Of a DNA stretch of 64,000 nt, positions 48,701 to 57,027 are shown in pieces. Source of the DNA: Candidatus Omnitrophota bacterium. Lineage in GTDB: Bacteria; Omnitrophota; Gorgyraeia; Gygaellales; JAQTUX01. Position 1 is the first letter of the stretch. Each line of letters starts with the position of its first letter. The translations under genes and the position numbers were made by a program. The DNA is taken from assembly GCA_028707125.1 (NCBI GenBank), contig JAQTUX010000001.1:205639-269638 (forward strand). The letters run 5' to 3'. The notes below the pieces were generated by a model. It ran no database searches. It was given only the letters and a program-made list of their open reading frames with translations, and had not been told where the DNA came from.

Positions 48701-48974
48701 GGCGGAGTTTGAGCTGCCTTCCGGCAAGTCAGCGCTGAAACTGAAATTGTCCAGAGGCGACTTCGCGTTCAGGTTCCTGAATTCAGCGCTGGTCGTATAT
48801 CATAATCCGCGGAGAAAGGACACCTTCGGCGGCAAAGGGGCCCGCGTAAAAGAGATCAAGTTCAGGGATAAAGACGGCGCGGCGCACAGCATAGAGGACG
48901 GATATATTCCCGCGCCTTTTGCGGGGCAGGTGCGGGACGGGTTGATCGATAGGATAGATATTATTTTAAGGTAG
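45726..48974 (+). CDS. Large (1082 aa) GH94/GT36-like six-hairpin glycoside phosphorylase/hydrolase family protein, divergent
   Basis: GNFRDVNQNRRSD and ADKPNWFDALNGLP parallel the RDxxQD and DWNDGLD motifs in the 686..3349 protein. The substrate is unknown. Confidence 0.4.
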   Translation: MKKTNQCKYYLNNSDEFVIENYNQARPFSSFFPGIAGLFGIPMWVFYANRGQCISSFGVRDKDNPILEFYPANKAYQHTGRLGFRTFIKIKKNGKEAFYEPFQRASGNRMRVRPYELSLEESDPASGLRVKVEYFTLPNENFAALARMVEITNESSRVIPIQVLDGLPQVIPFGINNFFLKEMHRTIESWMRVENLENNAAFLRLAVDPRDRSEVVHLEEGNFFLGFSDEGGLLAPIVDPRAVFGQQGDFSSPRIYLQGDFRHPAFQLTQSITPCAFVFKKAALAAGKGIRLYSLFGHMRNIEILRQKAGAISRGSYFKRKREENKSLIESLEANCFTASSDKAFDLYCRQTFLDNCLRGGFPHSFEYDGNSTIYVYSRKHGDPERDYNRFALNPTYLSEGNGNFRDVNQNRRSDCLFNPRLGDLNLKTFFNLQQLDGYNPLVIKENIFILAEAKKSEEALKRFFKEGDIGCVLPLLEGQFNIGKFLTQIDDKGIRIKGAPEALIHFLFLNSSRVQDAEFGEGYWSDHWQYNIDLLENYLSVFPERLKYILLEDRGFSFYDTAESVQPRGARYVVKDGKVRQFHCLARHGDKKKMLAERQAEPHKVRVDFGRGEVYHTTLLVKLLTLILNKLATLDPFGVGIEMEADKPNWFDALNGLPALLGSSSCETFELKRLIVLLSGLLKGLPRDTIAGIPEELKSFMDDLTAAIESYLNSGVKTRDFDYWDRSNGIKEAFRKRTFFGVSGKEVEVGIKEVASFLESASRRIGSSLSRGFDKKRGVFFSYFINEVSRYKIEGTAVKPLEFKQSALPLFLEANVHALKVCADRGKAEALYRNIKKSPLYDRKLKMYKVCASLKGQPEELGRCVIFTPGWLENESIWLHMEYKYLLELLKAGLYEEYFRELHNTLVCFQRPEVYSRSILENSSFIVSSAFPDQSMHGAGFVARLSGSTAELINIWLVMCAGKAPFFLGKDGKLSLRFEPALEGGFFLDRAAEFELPSGKSALKLKLSRGDFAFRFLNSALVVYHNPRRKDTFGGKGARVKEIKFRDKDGAAHSIEDGYIPAPFAGQVRDGLIDRIDIILR

Positions 48975-48977
48975 TTA

Positions 48978-49140
48978 ATTTTCGGTTACGTTTGTCGGTC
49001 AGGGTTACGGCTACGTATCGGTAACGGTATTCGGTTACGGTTGTCGTTTACGTAACCTGAACCGTTACACGCAACCGATACATAACCGTAACCTGAACCG
49101 TAACCGATAGACGAGATATCGGTGTTGATGTATATAAAAA
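48978..49140. repeat. Heptamer-based (GGTTACG / CGTAACC) imperfect long palindrome
   Basis: cggttacgtttgtcggtcagggttacggctacgtatcggtaacggtattcggttacggttgtcgtttacg | cgtaacctgaaccgttacacgcaaccgatacataaccgtaacctgaaccgtaaccgat. It fills the gap after the large GH94-like gene. Confidence 0.55.
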
Positions 49141-49144
49141 AGAG

Positions 49145-49387
49145 GTGATTATGAAACGCGATGTTCTAATCAGGCATCTGAAAGACGACGTGGAGTTCGA
49201 GGACCACGCGGTCGGGGTCATTGCCGATGTGCTGAAGGCCTCGCTCGCGGCAGACGATCTGAAAACTGAAGACAAGAGGCAGATCAATCTTCTGCTGGAT
49301 AAGCTCAGCGCCGACACCAAAAGGCATTCGGAAACCATAAAAAAGCTGCTTATAAAAATAAGGACGGAGATGGGAGATGATTTTTAG
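49145..49387 (+). CDS. Small hypothetical protein (80 aa)
   Basis: AGAGGTG RBS. Helical and charged. It overlaps the next small ORF by 11 nt in another frame. Confidence 0.3.
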   Translation: MIMKRDVLIRHLKDDVEFEDHAVGVIADVLKASLAADDLKTEDKRQINLLLDKLSADTKRHSETIKKLLIKIRTEMGDDF

Positions 49388-49586
49388 CCGGATCTTTAAG
49401 AGAAGGAATGCGTTGAGGAAACAGTTTGAGGACCTGGAGGCGATAGAGGAAAGAATGCTTAATACCTATACGGGATTATTAAAAGAAATGAAGCATCCGC
49501 AGATGTGCGCTGAGATAGGCCGCATTGCCGAAGATGAGCGCGGCCACCTGGAGGCAGCCCGGAAGATGCTGGACATATTGAAATGA
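49377..49586 (+). CDS. Small hypothetical protein (69 aa), ferritin-like/ExxH-containing
   Basis: EIGRIAEDERGHLEAARKML resembles a ferritin-like diiron helix. It may be the second half of a frameshifted single gene with 49145..49387. Confidence 0.3.
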   Translation: MIFSRIFKRRNALRKQFEDLEAIEERMLNTYTGLLKEMKHPQMCAEIGRIAEDERGHLEAARKMLDILK

Positions 49587-50209
49587 AGATAGTGCCGGCG
49601 ATACTTACAGACAGCAAAGAAGAACTTAAGGCGATGTTTGACAGCGCCTCCAGGTTCTGCGATTTCGCGCAGGTCGATATTATGGACGGGAAATTCGTTC
49701 CATCGCGAAGCATAACCGCCGAGGATATCAGGGCGGTAACGCCGCGGATGCCCTATGAGGCGCACCTTATGGTTTCAGAGCCTTTGGGCCATATCGCCGA
49801 TTTCAAAAAGGCGGGGGCGGCGAGGGTTATTTTTCATTTTGAATCGGGCGGCGATCCTGGAGAGGTGATAAACGCCATAAAAGGCGCGGATATGAAAGCG
49901 GGTATCGCCATAAATCCGGATACGCCGGTGGGCGCCGTTAAGGGCCTGCTCGGGGAAGTCGACCTTGTGCTGCTGATGTCCGTTAACCCGGGGTTTTACG
50001 GAAGCAAATTTGTCCCTGAGGTTATTAATAAGATAGAGGAATTAAAATCCGGGGCAAAAAATTATATCATTGCCATGGATGGAGGTATAAAGCAGGCGAA
50101 CATCAAGATGCTCAAAGATAGGGGGCTGGAGGTCGCCTGCGTGGGCAGCGCCGTGTTTAAGGGAAACGCCGAGGATAATTATCGGAGATTGATGGAGGTG
50201 ATCGCGTGA
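49583..50209 (+). CDS. rpe: Ribulose-phosphate 3-epimerase
   Basis: MKIVPAIL...VDIMDGKFVP...MSVNPGF...DGG TIM-barrel motifs. Confidence 0.8.
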   Translation: MKIVPAILTDSKEELKAMFDSASRFCDFAQVDIMDGKFVPSRSITAEDIRAVTPRMPYEAHLMVSEPLGHIADFKKAGAARVIFHFESGGDPGEVINAIKGADMKAGIAINPDTPVGAVKGLLGEVDLVLLMSVNPGFYGSKFVPEVINKIEELKSGAKNYIIAMDGGIKQANIKMLKDRGLEVACVGSAVFKGNAEDNYRRLMEVIA

Positions 50210-50655
50210 CACTTGAAGAGAAGATCCTGAACGATTTTAACCAGGCGCGCAAATCCAGGGACGAGATCCGCGCCTCAACGCTGAGTTTCTTAAGGGCGCA
50301 AATGAAGAACCTGGCAATTGAGAAGCGCAAAGACAGTTTAGACGACGGCGAGGTGCTCTCCGTCATAAAGAAGCTGGTCAAGCAGCGCGAGGACTCCATT
50401 GAGCAGTTTAAAAAAGGCAAGAGGGATGACCTGGCGGACAAGGAGACAAAAGAGAAGGGGATATTGACCGCCTATCTTCCTCAGGCGCTTTCGCAAGGCG
50501 AGCTGAAGAAAGTAGTCGATGATGTCATCAAAGAGCTTGGGGTTGCCGATTTAAAGGGTATGGGGAACGTGATGAAAGAGGTATCAGCCCGTACTCAGGG
50601 CAGGGCGGACAATAGAATGCTGTCGGAGATCGTAAGGCAGGCGCTGGGCAAATAA
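50206..50655 (+). CDS. GatB/YqeY-domain protein
   Basis: Typical YqeY N-terminus (LEEKILNDFNQARKSRDE...) and C-terminal GatB-like helices. GTG start. Confidence 0.7.
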   Translation: MTLEEKILNDFNQARKSRDEIRASTLSFLRAQMKNLAIEKRKDSLDDGEVLSVIKKLVKQREDSIEQFKKGKRDDLADKETKEKGILTAYLPQALSQGELKKVVDDVIKELGVADLKGMGNVMKEVSARTQGRADNRMLSEIVRQALGK

Positions 50656-50706
50656 TATTGACCATCATATATATGGATAATATAATATTGTATCATCATA
50701 AATAAA

Positions 50707-52194
50707 ATGCGGAATATCAAAAGGGTCCTGGAGGGTTTTTCTTTGCGCCCCAGAGAGGTAGCCGGCGTAGACCTTGATGCCCATAAGATAATTGTCTGCG
50801 AGGTAGAAAAGAGGGGCCAGGAATTAACGCTTAAACATGTTTACATAAAGGAATTCCCCCAGGCCGGCGCCGCGGCGGATAATCTGCGGGGATTCCTCAA
50901 AGAGAATAAATTCGCTGAAGCCAAATACAGCTGCGTGGGGGCGATAAGCGCGGAGGAGTCATTCTTCAAGGGCTTCGCCACCAAAACCAATATCTTCAAA
51001 GACAAGGGCAACATCCCCTCATTTCTTTCCCGCCAGCCCCTGCCCGTTAACCTCAATGACTGTTACTGGGATTATCTGCTTACGGGAAAGAACCTTAATC
51101 TTGTAGCCGCGAGGAAAGAGATCGTTGACGCGCAGTTTAACGCCTTCAAGGAAGCCGGCGTGCAGTGCGCCTTTATCACGGCCGTGCCCTTCGCCCTGTA
51201 TAACGTCTTTACCTTTAACTACCCCGACAAGAAGAATTTCTGCATCCTGCACGTCAGATGGCAGTGCAGCAACCTGTGTATCTTTGAAGACGGCAGGTTC
51301 TGGATCCATACCATTTCAATAGGAAAGGATAAGCTCGCGGCAGGCGGCAGGATCGCGGAGGATGTGATCAGCGAGTTCGCGCAGGAGATAAAGCGGCTGC
51401 TTAATTCCAACTATCTCCAGATGGGTTCCTCGCACAAGCCGCTTGAGGAGATATTCCTTTCCGGAGAGCCCATCGCCGAAGACCTTCAGCCGTTGAGTTC
51501 GTCTTTAGGGATCAACGTGGCCTATCTTGATCCGCTGAAGAAGATCTCCCGCGCTGTTTCCGTTGATAAGCCGTCGCAGCTTTCCTTAAGCATCGGTTTA
51601 TGCGCGTCTTTCCTCAGCCCTTCCGCCTTCAGGTTGAACCTGTTGAAGGAAAAGCAGCGTTCCCTGGACGATACCAGGCATTTTGATACCGCCAGGAAGG
51701 CGTTCAGCGCCTTTATGCTTGCCTTGCTGGCGTTATTGGTCTTTTTGAATTTCAGGATGGGCAAGGCCGCGGGCCTGAAGGATAAGGAACTGGAGCGGTA
51801 CAAGTTCATATCGGACAAGGTCGTGCCCGGCTATAAAACACTCCTGGAGGAAGAGAAGTTCGTAAGCGAAAGATTGCAGTATCTGGAAACCCGGGCTAAA
51901 CTGCACAGCCTCTGGCTCAAGATGCTGCGGGATATATCGGTAAGCAAGGCAGACGATATGCGCGTTACTCTTTTAGACGCGCGCAACATTGACGGCCTGC
52001 TGGTCGTTATGCTGGGGGGCAGGACCGCCGACTACAGCGATATAAACGATTTCCTCAGCAGCCTGAGGCAAAATGAGTACGTTTCGGGGGTTAAGATAGT
52101 TTCTTCCGCTCAGGGCAGCGGCAAAGAAAGCGGCGTTGAATTCAAGGTCCGCCTTGACATAGGGCTTGAGAAAGGCGCCGCCGCTCAAGAATAA
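50707..52194 (+). CDS. PilM-PilN-like fused pilus assembly protein
   Basis: An N-terminal actin-like region, a central transmembrane helix (AFSAFMLALLALLVFLNF) and a periplasmic C-terminal domain. The architecture parallels 39269..40648. Confidence 0.4.
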   Translation: MRNIKRVLEGFSLRPREVAGVDLDAHKIIVCEVEKRGQELTLKHVYIKEFPQAGAAADNLRGFLKENKFAEAKYSCVGAISAEESFFKGFATKTNIFKDKGNIPSFLSRQPLPVNLNDCYWDYLLTGKNLNLVAARKEIVDAQFNAFKEAGVQCAFITAVPFALYNVFTFNYPDKKNFCILHVRWQCSNLCIFEDGRFWIHTISIGKDKLAAGGRIAEDVISEFAQEIKRLLNSNYLQMGSSHKPLEEIFLSGEPIAEDLQPLSSSLGINVAYLDPLKKISRAVSVDKPSQLSLSIGLCASFLSPSAFRLNLLKEKQRSLDDTRHFDTARKAFSAFMLALLALLVFLNFRMGKAAGLKDKELERYKFISDKVVPGYKTLLEEEKFVSERLQYLETRAKLHSLWLKMLRDISVSKADDMRVTLLDARNIDGLLVVMLGGRTADYSDINDFLSSLRQNEYVSGVKIVSSAQGSGKESGVEFKVRLDIGLEKGAAAQE

Positions 52195-52197
52195 TAT

Positions 52198-53328
52198 ATG
52201 GCGATACATTCAGATCTGAAAGAGGCGTCCCGGAGATGGGCGCGGTTCTTTAAGGAAGGCGTTAAAGACGAAAGGATCAAAAAGCATCTTGCCTTCAGCA
52301 TGCTCCTGATCTTCCTGGCAATATTTTTGATTTTACGCTTGTTTTTTTTATCGTATAAGATTAAAATGATAGCAGAGGACAAGGCGGCGGTAGCCGCTTC
52401 TATCTCCAAGGATTACCGTGACATAGACGAAGCGGCGCTGGCGGATATGCAGAAAAAAACAGGCCTGATGTGGCAGCGCCTTTTGGGGCTGACGGAAATG
52501 TTTGATCCGGCCCAGGAAGGCCGCAAAGAAGGATATGAGGCAAGCTTGTATTTTGTGGAACAGTTACAAAGCATAGAGAAGTCGCTTAAGCTTAAGGCGG
52601 AGAATAAAAAACTTCTTTTCCAGGGGCTTGGCTTCAACGAAGACCTGCCTTCCGAAAAGGATTCTGTATTTTACCTCAAACAGATGGACGCGTTGAGGTC
52701 GGCTGTAGAGCTTGGCCTTGACTCCAATATAAGTTTCGGCCCGGTAATGCCTCAGGGCATAGACCAGAAGGATGAAAGTTTGGGTTTTTTGCGGCTTCTG
52801 GCAAGGGCGGAATTTACGGCAGCGCCTTCGGACCTGGTAGAGTATATAAATGAGATCAGAGATACGGCGCCTCTATTGGTCATAACCTCGCTGAAGGCAG
52901 AGGAGAAGGACGGCCGGATGCAGGCCTCTATGCTGTTTGAGCGGCTGCACTGCGGTCAGGATTGGCGGGACAGGAAACTGGAGAAGCCGCTTTCCAGGGC
53001 GGAGGCCGTAGAGAAAGCCGACGATTACCTTAAGATATTGAGGGGGGTTAACCCCTTTTTCCAGGACCAGAAAAAAGAAGAGCCGGCAGCGCCGGCAGGC
53101 GCCGCGGGCGGCGCGGAGTTAAAAAAGGAGAGGCTGATTTTCAAGGGTTCGGCGGTTTTCCGGGACCGCCCCGTGGCAGTCATAGAGGATACCTTAAGCA
53201 AGGAAACATTTTTTATAGCGGAAGGCCAGTCCATAGCCACATTCAAATTGCTCAGTTTTTCCAGCGACAGCGCGACACTTACCGCTATAGACAGCGGCAA
53301 GGAGATCGTGCTGCAGAGAGGCAAATAA
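52198..53328 (+). CDS. PilO-PilP-like fused pilus assembly protein
   Basis: An N-terminal transmembrane helix, a coiled coil and a C-terminal PilP-like beta segment (RPVAVIEDTLSKETFFIAEGQSI...TLTAIDSGKEIVLQ). Confidence 0.35.
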   Translation: MAIHSDLKEASRRWARFFKEGVKDERIKKHLAFSMLLIFLAIFLILRLFFLSYKIKMIAEDKAAVAASISKDYRDIDEAALADMQKKTGLMWQRLLGLTEMFDPAQEGRKEGYEASLYFVEQLQSIEKSLKLKAENKKLLFQGLGFNEDLPSEKDSVFYLKQMDALRSAVELGLDSNISFGPVMPQGIDQKDESLGFLRLLARAEFTAAPSDLVEYINEIRDTAPLLVITSLKAEEKDGRMQASMLFERLHCGQDWRDRKLEKPLSRAEAVEKADDYLKILRGVNPFFQDQKKEEPAAPAGAAGGAELKKERLIFKGSAVFRDRPVAVIEDTLSKETFFIAEGQSIATFKLLSFSSDSATLTAIDSGKEIVLQRGK

Positions 53329-56300
53329 TGGGTTTCAGGCGCATATCGATACTTGTATTATTCTGGCTCTGCTTATTCGGAGCGCTTAATTGCCGGGGCA
53401 TCTATGCCGGGGGCGACAAAGAGGCATTGGCCGGCTATAAACAGGCAAAAAGGTTGATAGCCGGAAAGCATTACCAGGAGGCGTTGACCCTTCTTGATGA
53501 TCTGCTGAAACGTTTTCCTCAAAGCGCGCATATACGCCAGCTGAAGGATTCCACTATAGAGCGGCTTGCCGTTGCCGAGGAAAAGGCGGAATACCGCAGG
53601 CGCCTGCTTGAGCAGAGGCAGCGGGAAAAGCAGCGCGTCGCGGAGAAGCCGGCCCGGGCATCAAAGGCGTCAGAGCAAAACGCTGAGGAATTTACCGGGC
53701 AGAAGAAACAGACAAAGCAGCAGATCGCGGAAGACAGGCGCAGGAGGAAAGAAGAGGTCCTCAGAGAAAGGGCGCTTGTAAATGAAGAGCAGGCCGCCAG
53801 AAAGAAGGATCTGTCAGAGCAGAAGAGCCGGGAAAAAGAAGAGCGGATTCTGCAGGCGCGCCGCGAGAAAGAGGAGAAGAGGGCGGATGCCCTGGCGAAA
53901 AAAGAGCAGGCGCGCATGAAAAATGAGCGCCGCAGGGATGCCCGGCTTGAGGAAGAAAATCGCAGGAAAATGATAGAGGCGCGCGAACAGGAGGCAAGGC
54001 AGCGGCGGGAGGCCGCTGAAGCAGGATCGCGCCCGGCTCCGGAGAAAAAGAGCGCGCAGCCCCAGGAGGCCGAAGGGCAGGCGCCGGCCCGGAGCGCTAT
54101 AAGCGAAAGCCCTGAGGTTCCCAGCAAGAAGTTGGAGATCATCAAACAGGATTTTTCAGATTACCGGCAGACAGCGCGTTTTATAGAAGAGGAAGAAAGA
54201 AAGGCGTATAAGGAAAAGTTATTAAGGGAGCGGGAGGAACTGAGAAAAAAACTTGAGTTGGAAAAAAAGCGGCTTGAGGAAAGAAGGGCGAAAGACAGCC
54301 GCTCCGCAGAGCAGGGCGCGGCTTCAAAGCCGGCGGAAAAGAAGCAGGAGGCGAAGAGGCCGGAAAAAGAAAATCCCGGAAATAACAGGGCCGCCCTGCG
54401 CAAGGCGATGATAGAAAAGAAACGGCTCCTGATGCTGGAGGCGCAGCTTCGCCGCCAGGATAAGCTTGAGGAGCGGAAGAAAAAGATAGAAGAGAAAAAG
54501 AGGCGCATAGAGGAGCGTTACGGCTCTTCCCTTGAGAAAAAGGGAAAATTGCGGGAGATCAAAAAATCAGTTGCCGCGGGGAAGCTGGAAGAGGCAGAGG
54601 CCCTGCTTAATGAGTTGACCACCAAATACCCCGAGGATATACGGCTTTTAAAATATGCCGATAAACTGGACAGGATCATAGAAAAGCGCCGGCAGAGAAA
54701 GGGGCCAAACAAGCCCGGCGGCGCCGCGCGGAAAGCGGCTATAGCGGTCGCCAAGGAGATGATAACAGCTAATAAGCAAGAGGCGGCCGAGCCTGAACCC
54801 GAAGCCAGCCCGGAGTTAAAGGAAAAGAAGATAAAAGAAGAGATCCTCCAGCAGAAGCTCAAAGAGCGGGCCGCCAGGCGCCGGCAGAAAAAGGAAAGAA
54901 AGCCGTCCGTCCTGTCCGAGCGCAGGGAAAAGTCCCTTAAGAAGACGGCGGTGCTTAAGGAAAGAAACGCGATCTCCGGCCAGATCAGAAAATATATCGG
55001 TAGCGCCGACTTCAGCAAGGCGAAAGAGGCGCTGGATTCCTTCAGGTCAAAATTCCCCGAGGACACAAGGATCTCCTCGCTTGATGATCTGCTTAAGAAA
55101 AGGATCAGGGCTGCCGGGGAAAAAGACAAACGCCGCGACGCGGCCCTGGAGAGGCGTGAAGAGCTGGCAAGAAAAAAGAAAGAACACGCGCTCGCCCGCC
55201 AGGAAAAGATTGCCAGGGAAGAGAAAAACGTCATTGTCAGGGAACAGGTAGAATCAAAGAAGCAGGAGGCGCGGGAGAGCATAACCAGGCGCGGTAAGGA
55301 TAAGCAGCTCAAAAAGCACAAGGAAGACAGGGAGAAGATACGCAAGATCAACCAGCTTTATAAAGAGGCAAGGCAGTTATTCGCCAGGGAGATGTATGAA
55401 GAGGCGATAGAGAAATTTGAGAAGGTGGTCGAGCTTGAAGGCAACCCCAGGATATATTACACCCCGTCCGCCAGGAAATTTATTGATAAGGCAAAGGACT
55501 TGTTAAAAGAGCAGCATATGGAGAATATTTCCGCGGAGGCGGGCCTTATGGAAAAGGAGATGATCAATAAGGTAATTGAGAAAGGGATGCCGCCGTATAT
55601 TGAGCCGCAGAAAAAGATCGAAGAGATAGAGAGGGTCCCCCTGGTCAAGGTGCCGATTATCAGGCAGCGGCTGCAGAAGAGGGTCACGCTTGATTTTGAC
55701 AAGGTATCGCTGAAATCGGTGATGGATTTTCTTTCCGACGAAACGCAGGTGAATATAATGCTCTCAAAGAAGGCGCTGGAGCAGGACTTCAGCGTGACCG
55801 CGAAGCTGGACAAGATCAAGGCGGAGGAGGCGGTAAAATATATCCTCAAAGGGCTGGGCCTGAAGCACAGGGTAGACGACCAGATCGTCTGGATCGCCGT
55901 TGAGGAAGAGATCGACGACGAGAACCTTGAGACGAGGGTATACTCTTTCAACAAGGGCAGCGGCCTGTTCACCGAATTTACCACTACCACTGCCGGAGAG
56001 GTGGGGCTGGGAGGCACCTCCGAGATAACCAAGATAACCACGATAGAAGATGTGCTGAAAGAGGCAGTGCCCTGGCCCGCCGAGGCAAAACTTGTTTTTG
56101 ATAAGAGGACGGGCACCATAATCGCCACGAATACCCCTTCCAACCTGCAGAAAGTAGAGGACATACTTTATAATATAGACGTGGTCCCTTATCAGGTCCT
56201 CATCGAGGCGCGTTTCCTTGAGGTGACCATTAATGATATTGAAGAACTGGGCCTGGAGTGGACATTGACCGGGGACTTTCCTTCCAAGAAGGCGGGGGCG

Positions 56301-57026
56301 CTGAATTCATTCTCGCACGGGCTGGGCTCAGGCAGCGGGGCGGACTTCACGACCTTTTCCAGGTCATCGGAAGGGCTGAATATAACTTATAAGGGCGTGC
56401 TCACTTCCCCTCAATACCAGGCGGTCCTGCATATGCTGGAGGAGAATAAGAAGACCAAGACGCTTTCCGCCCCGCGCGTTACCACGCTCAATAACCAGTT
56501 GGCCACGATCAAGGTCGTGGATGAATGGATATATCCCACGCGTTATGAATTTCAGATCGTGCAGAACGACTCCAACGGAGACGGGGACTTTAACGACGCC
56601 GGCGAGACGCAATATAAGAATGTCCCTTCCGATTTTGTCAAGCGCGACATAGGCATACTTTTGAGGGTTGTGCCTTCCGTAGGCGAGGACAGGCAGACCA
56701 TCACCCTTTCGCTCATCCCGGAGGTAAGCGAGGCAGTGGCGGACTTCTTTACCTATACGGGCGGCGTGACCCTGCCTAAATTCACATCAAGGAATCTCTC
56801 TACCACCATAGTGGTCAAGAGCTCCGAGACCGTGGTCTTGGGCGGGCTGATCAAGGAATCCCGCACCAAAACAGAGACCAGGGTGCCCGTCTTAGGCGAT
56901 CTGCCTTTCATCGGCAGGGCGTTCAGAAAGAACTCAGACAGCATAGAGCGCAAGAACCTGCTTATTTTTGTTACGGCGAAGATCCTGAGCCCGGAAGGCG
57001 AAGAAGTACAGATCGTAAGTAAATAA
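53328..57026 (+). CDS. Giant secretin (PilQ/GspD family) with an N-terminal TPR-like region and a long, highly charged E/K/R-rich coiled-coil insertion
   Basis: Signal peptide, then a long E/K/R low-complexity helical region across residues about 90-690. A secretin N domain (LDFDKVSLKSVMDFLSDETQVNIML) and a C-terminal secretin domain (LSAPRVTTLNNQLATIKVVDEW...VPVLGDLPFIGRAFRKNSDSIERKNLLIFVTAKIL) follow. Confidence 0.8.
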   Translation: MGFRRISILVLFWLCLFGALNCRGIYAGGDKEALAGYKQAKRLIAGKHYQEALTLLDDLLKRFPQSAHIRQLKDSTIERLAVAEEKAEYRRRLLEQRQREKQRVAEKPARASKASEQNAEEFTGQKKQTKQQIAEDRRRRKEEVLRERALVNEEQAARKKDLSEQKSREKEERILQARREKEEKRADALAKKEQARMKNERRRDARLEEENRRKMIEAREQEARQRREAAEAGSRPAPEKKSAQPQEAEGQAPARSAISESPEVPSKKLEIIKQDFSDYRQTARFIEEEERKAYKEKLLREREELRKKLELEKKRLEERRAKDSRSAEQGAASKPAEKKQEAKRPEKENPGNNRAALRKAMIEKKRLLMLEAQLRRQDKLEERKKKIEEKKRRIEERYGSSLEKKGKLREIKKSVAAGKLEEAEALLNELTTKYPEDIRLLKYADKLDRIIEKRRQRKGPNKPGGAARKAAIAVAKEMITANKQEAAEPEPEASPELKEKKIKEEILQQKLKERAARRRQKKERKPSVLSERREKSLKKTAVLKERNAISGQIRKYIGSADFSKAKEALDSFRSKFPEDTRISSLDDLLKKRIRAAGEKDKRRDAALERREELARKKKEHALARQEKIAREEKNVIVREQVESKKQEARESITRRGKDKQLKKHKEDREKIRKINQLYKEARQLFAREMYEEAIEKFEKVVELEGNPRIYYTPSARKFIDKAKDLLKEQHMENISAEAGLMEKEMINKVIEKGMPPYIEPQKKIEEIERVPLVKVPIIRQRLQKRVTLDFDKVSLKSVMDFLSDETQVNIMLSKKALEQDFSVTAKLDKIKAEEAVKYILKGLGLKHRVDDQIVWIAVEEEIDDENLETRVYSFNKGSGLFTEFTTTTAGEVGLGGTSEITKITTIEDVLKEAVPWPAEAKLVFDKRTGTIIATNTPSNLQKVEDILYNIDVVPYQVLIEARFLEVTINDIEELGLEWTLTGDFPSKKAGALNSFSHGLGSGSGADFTTFSRSSEGLNITYKGVLTSPQYQAVLHMLEENKKTKTLSAPRVTTLNNQLATIKVVDEWIYPTRYEFQIVQNDSNGDGDFNDAGETQYKNVPSDFVKRDIGILLRVVPSVGEDRQTITLSLIPEVSEAVADFFTYTGGVTLPKFTSRNLSTTIVVKSSETVVLGGLIKESRTKTETRVPVLGDLPFIGRAFRKNSDSIERKNLLIFVTAKILSPEGEEVQIVSK

Positions 57027-57027
57027 T

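Noticed and set aside
48978-49140. Possibility that the heptamer array is a CRISPR array
   Set aside because: The units are 7 nt with no unique spacers of about 30 nt. The two halves are reverse complements of each other. No cas genes are nearby.
49048-49338. 96-aa - strand ORF ending in VTVQVTVMYRLRVTVQVT
   Set aside because: Its C-terminal part translates the GGTTACG-heptamer palindrome, and it overlaps the small + strand ORF. It is a repeat artefact.
53519-56164. Several long - strand ORFs (53519..54145, 54161..54508, 54518..55351, 55457..56164), Ser/Phe/Leu-rich
   Set aside because: All are antisense to the giant secretin gene and arise from its GA-rich charged-repeat region. None has a start context or motifs.
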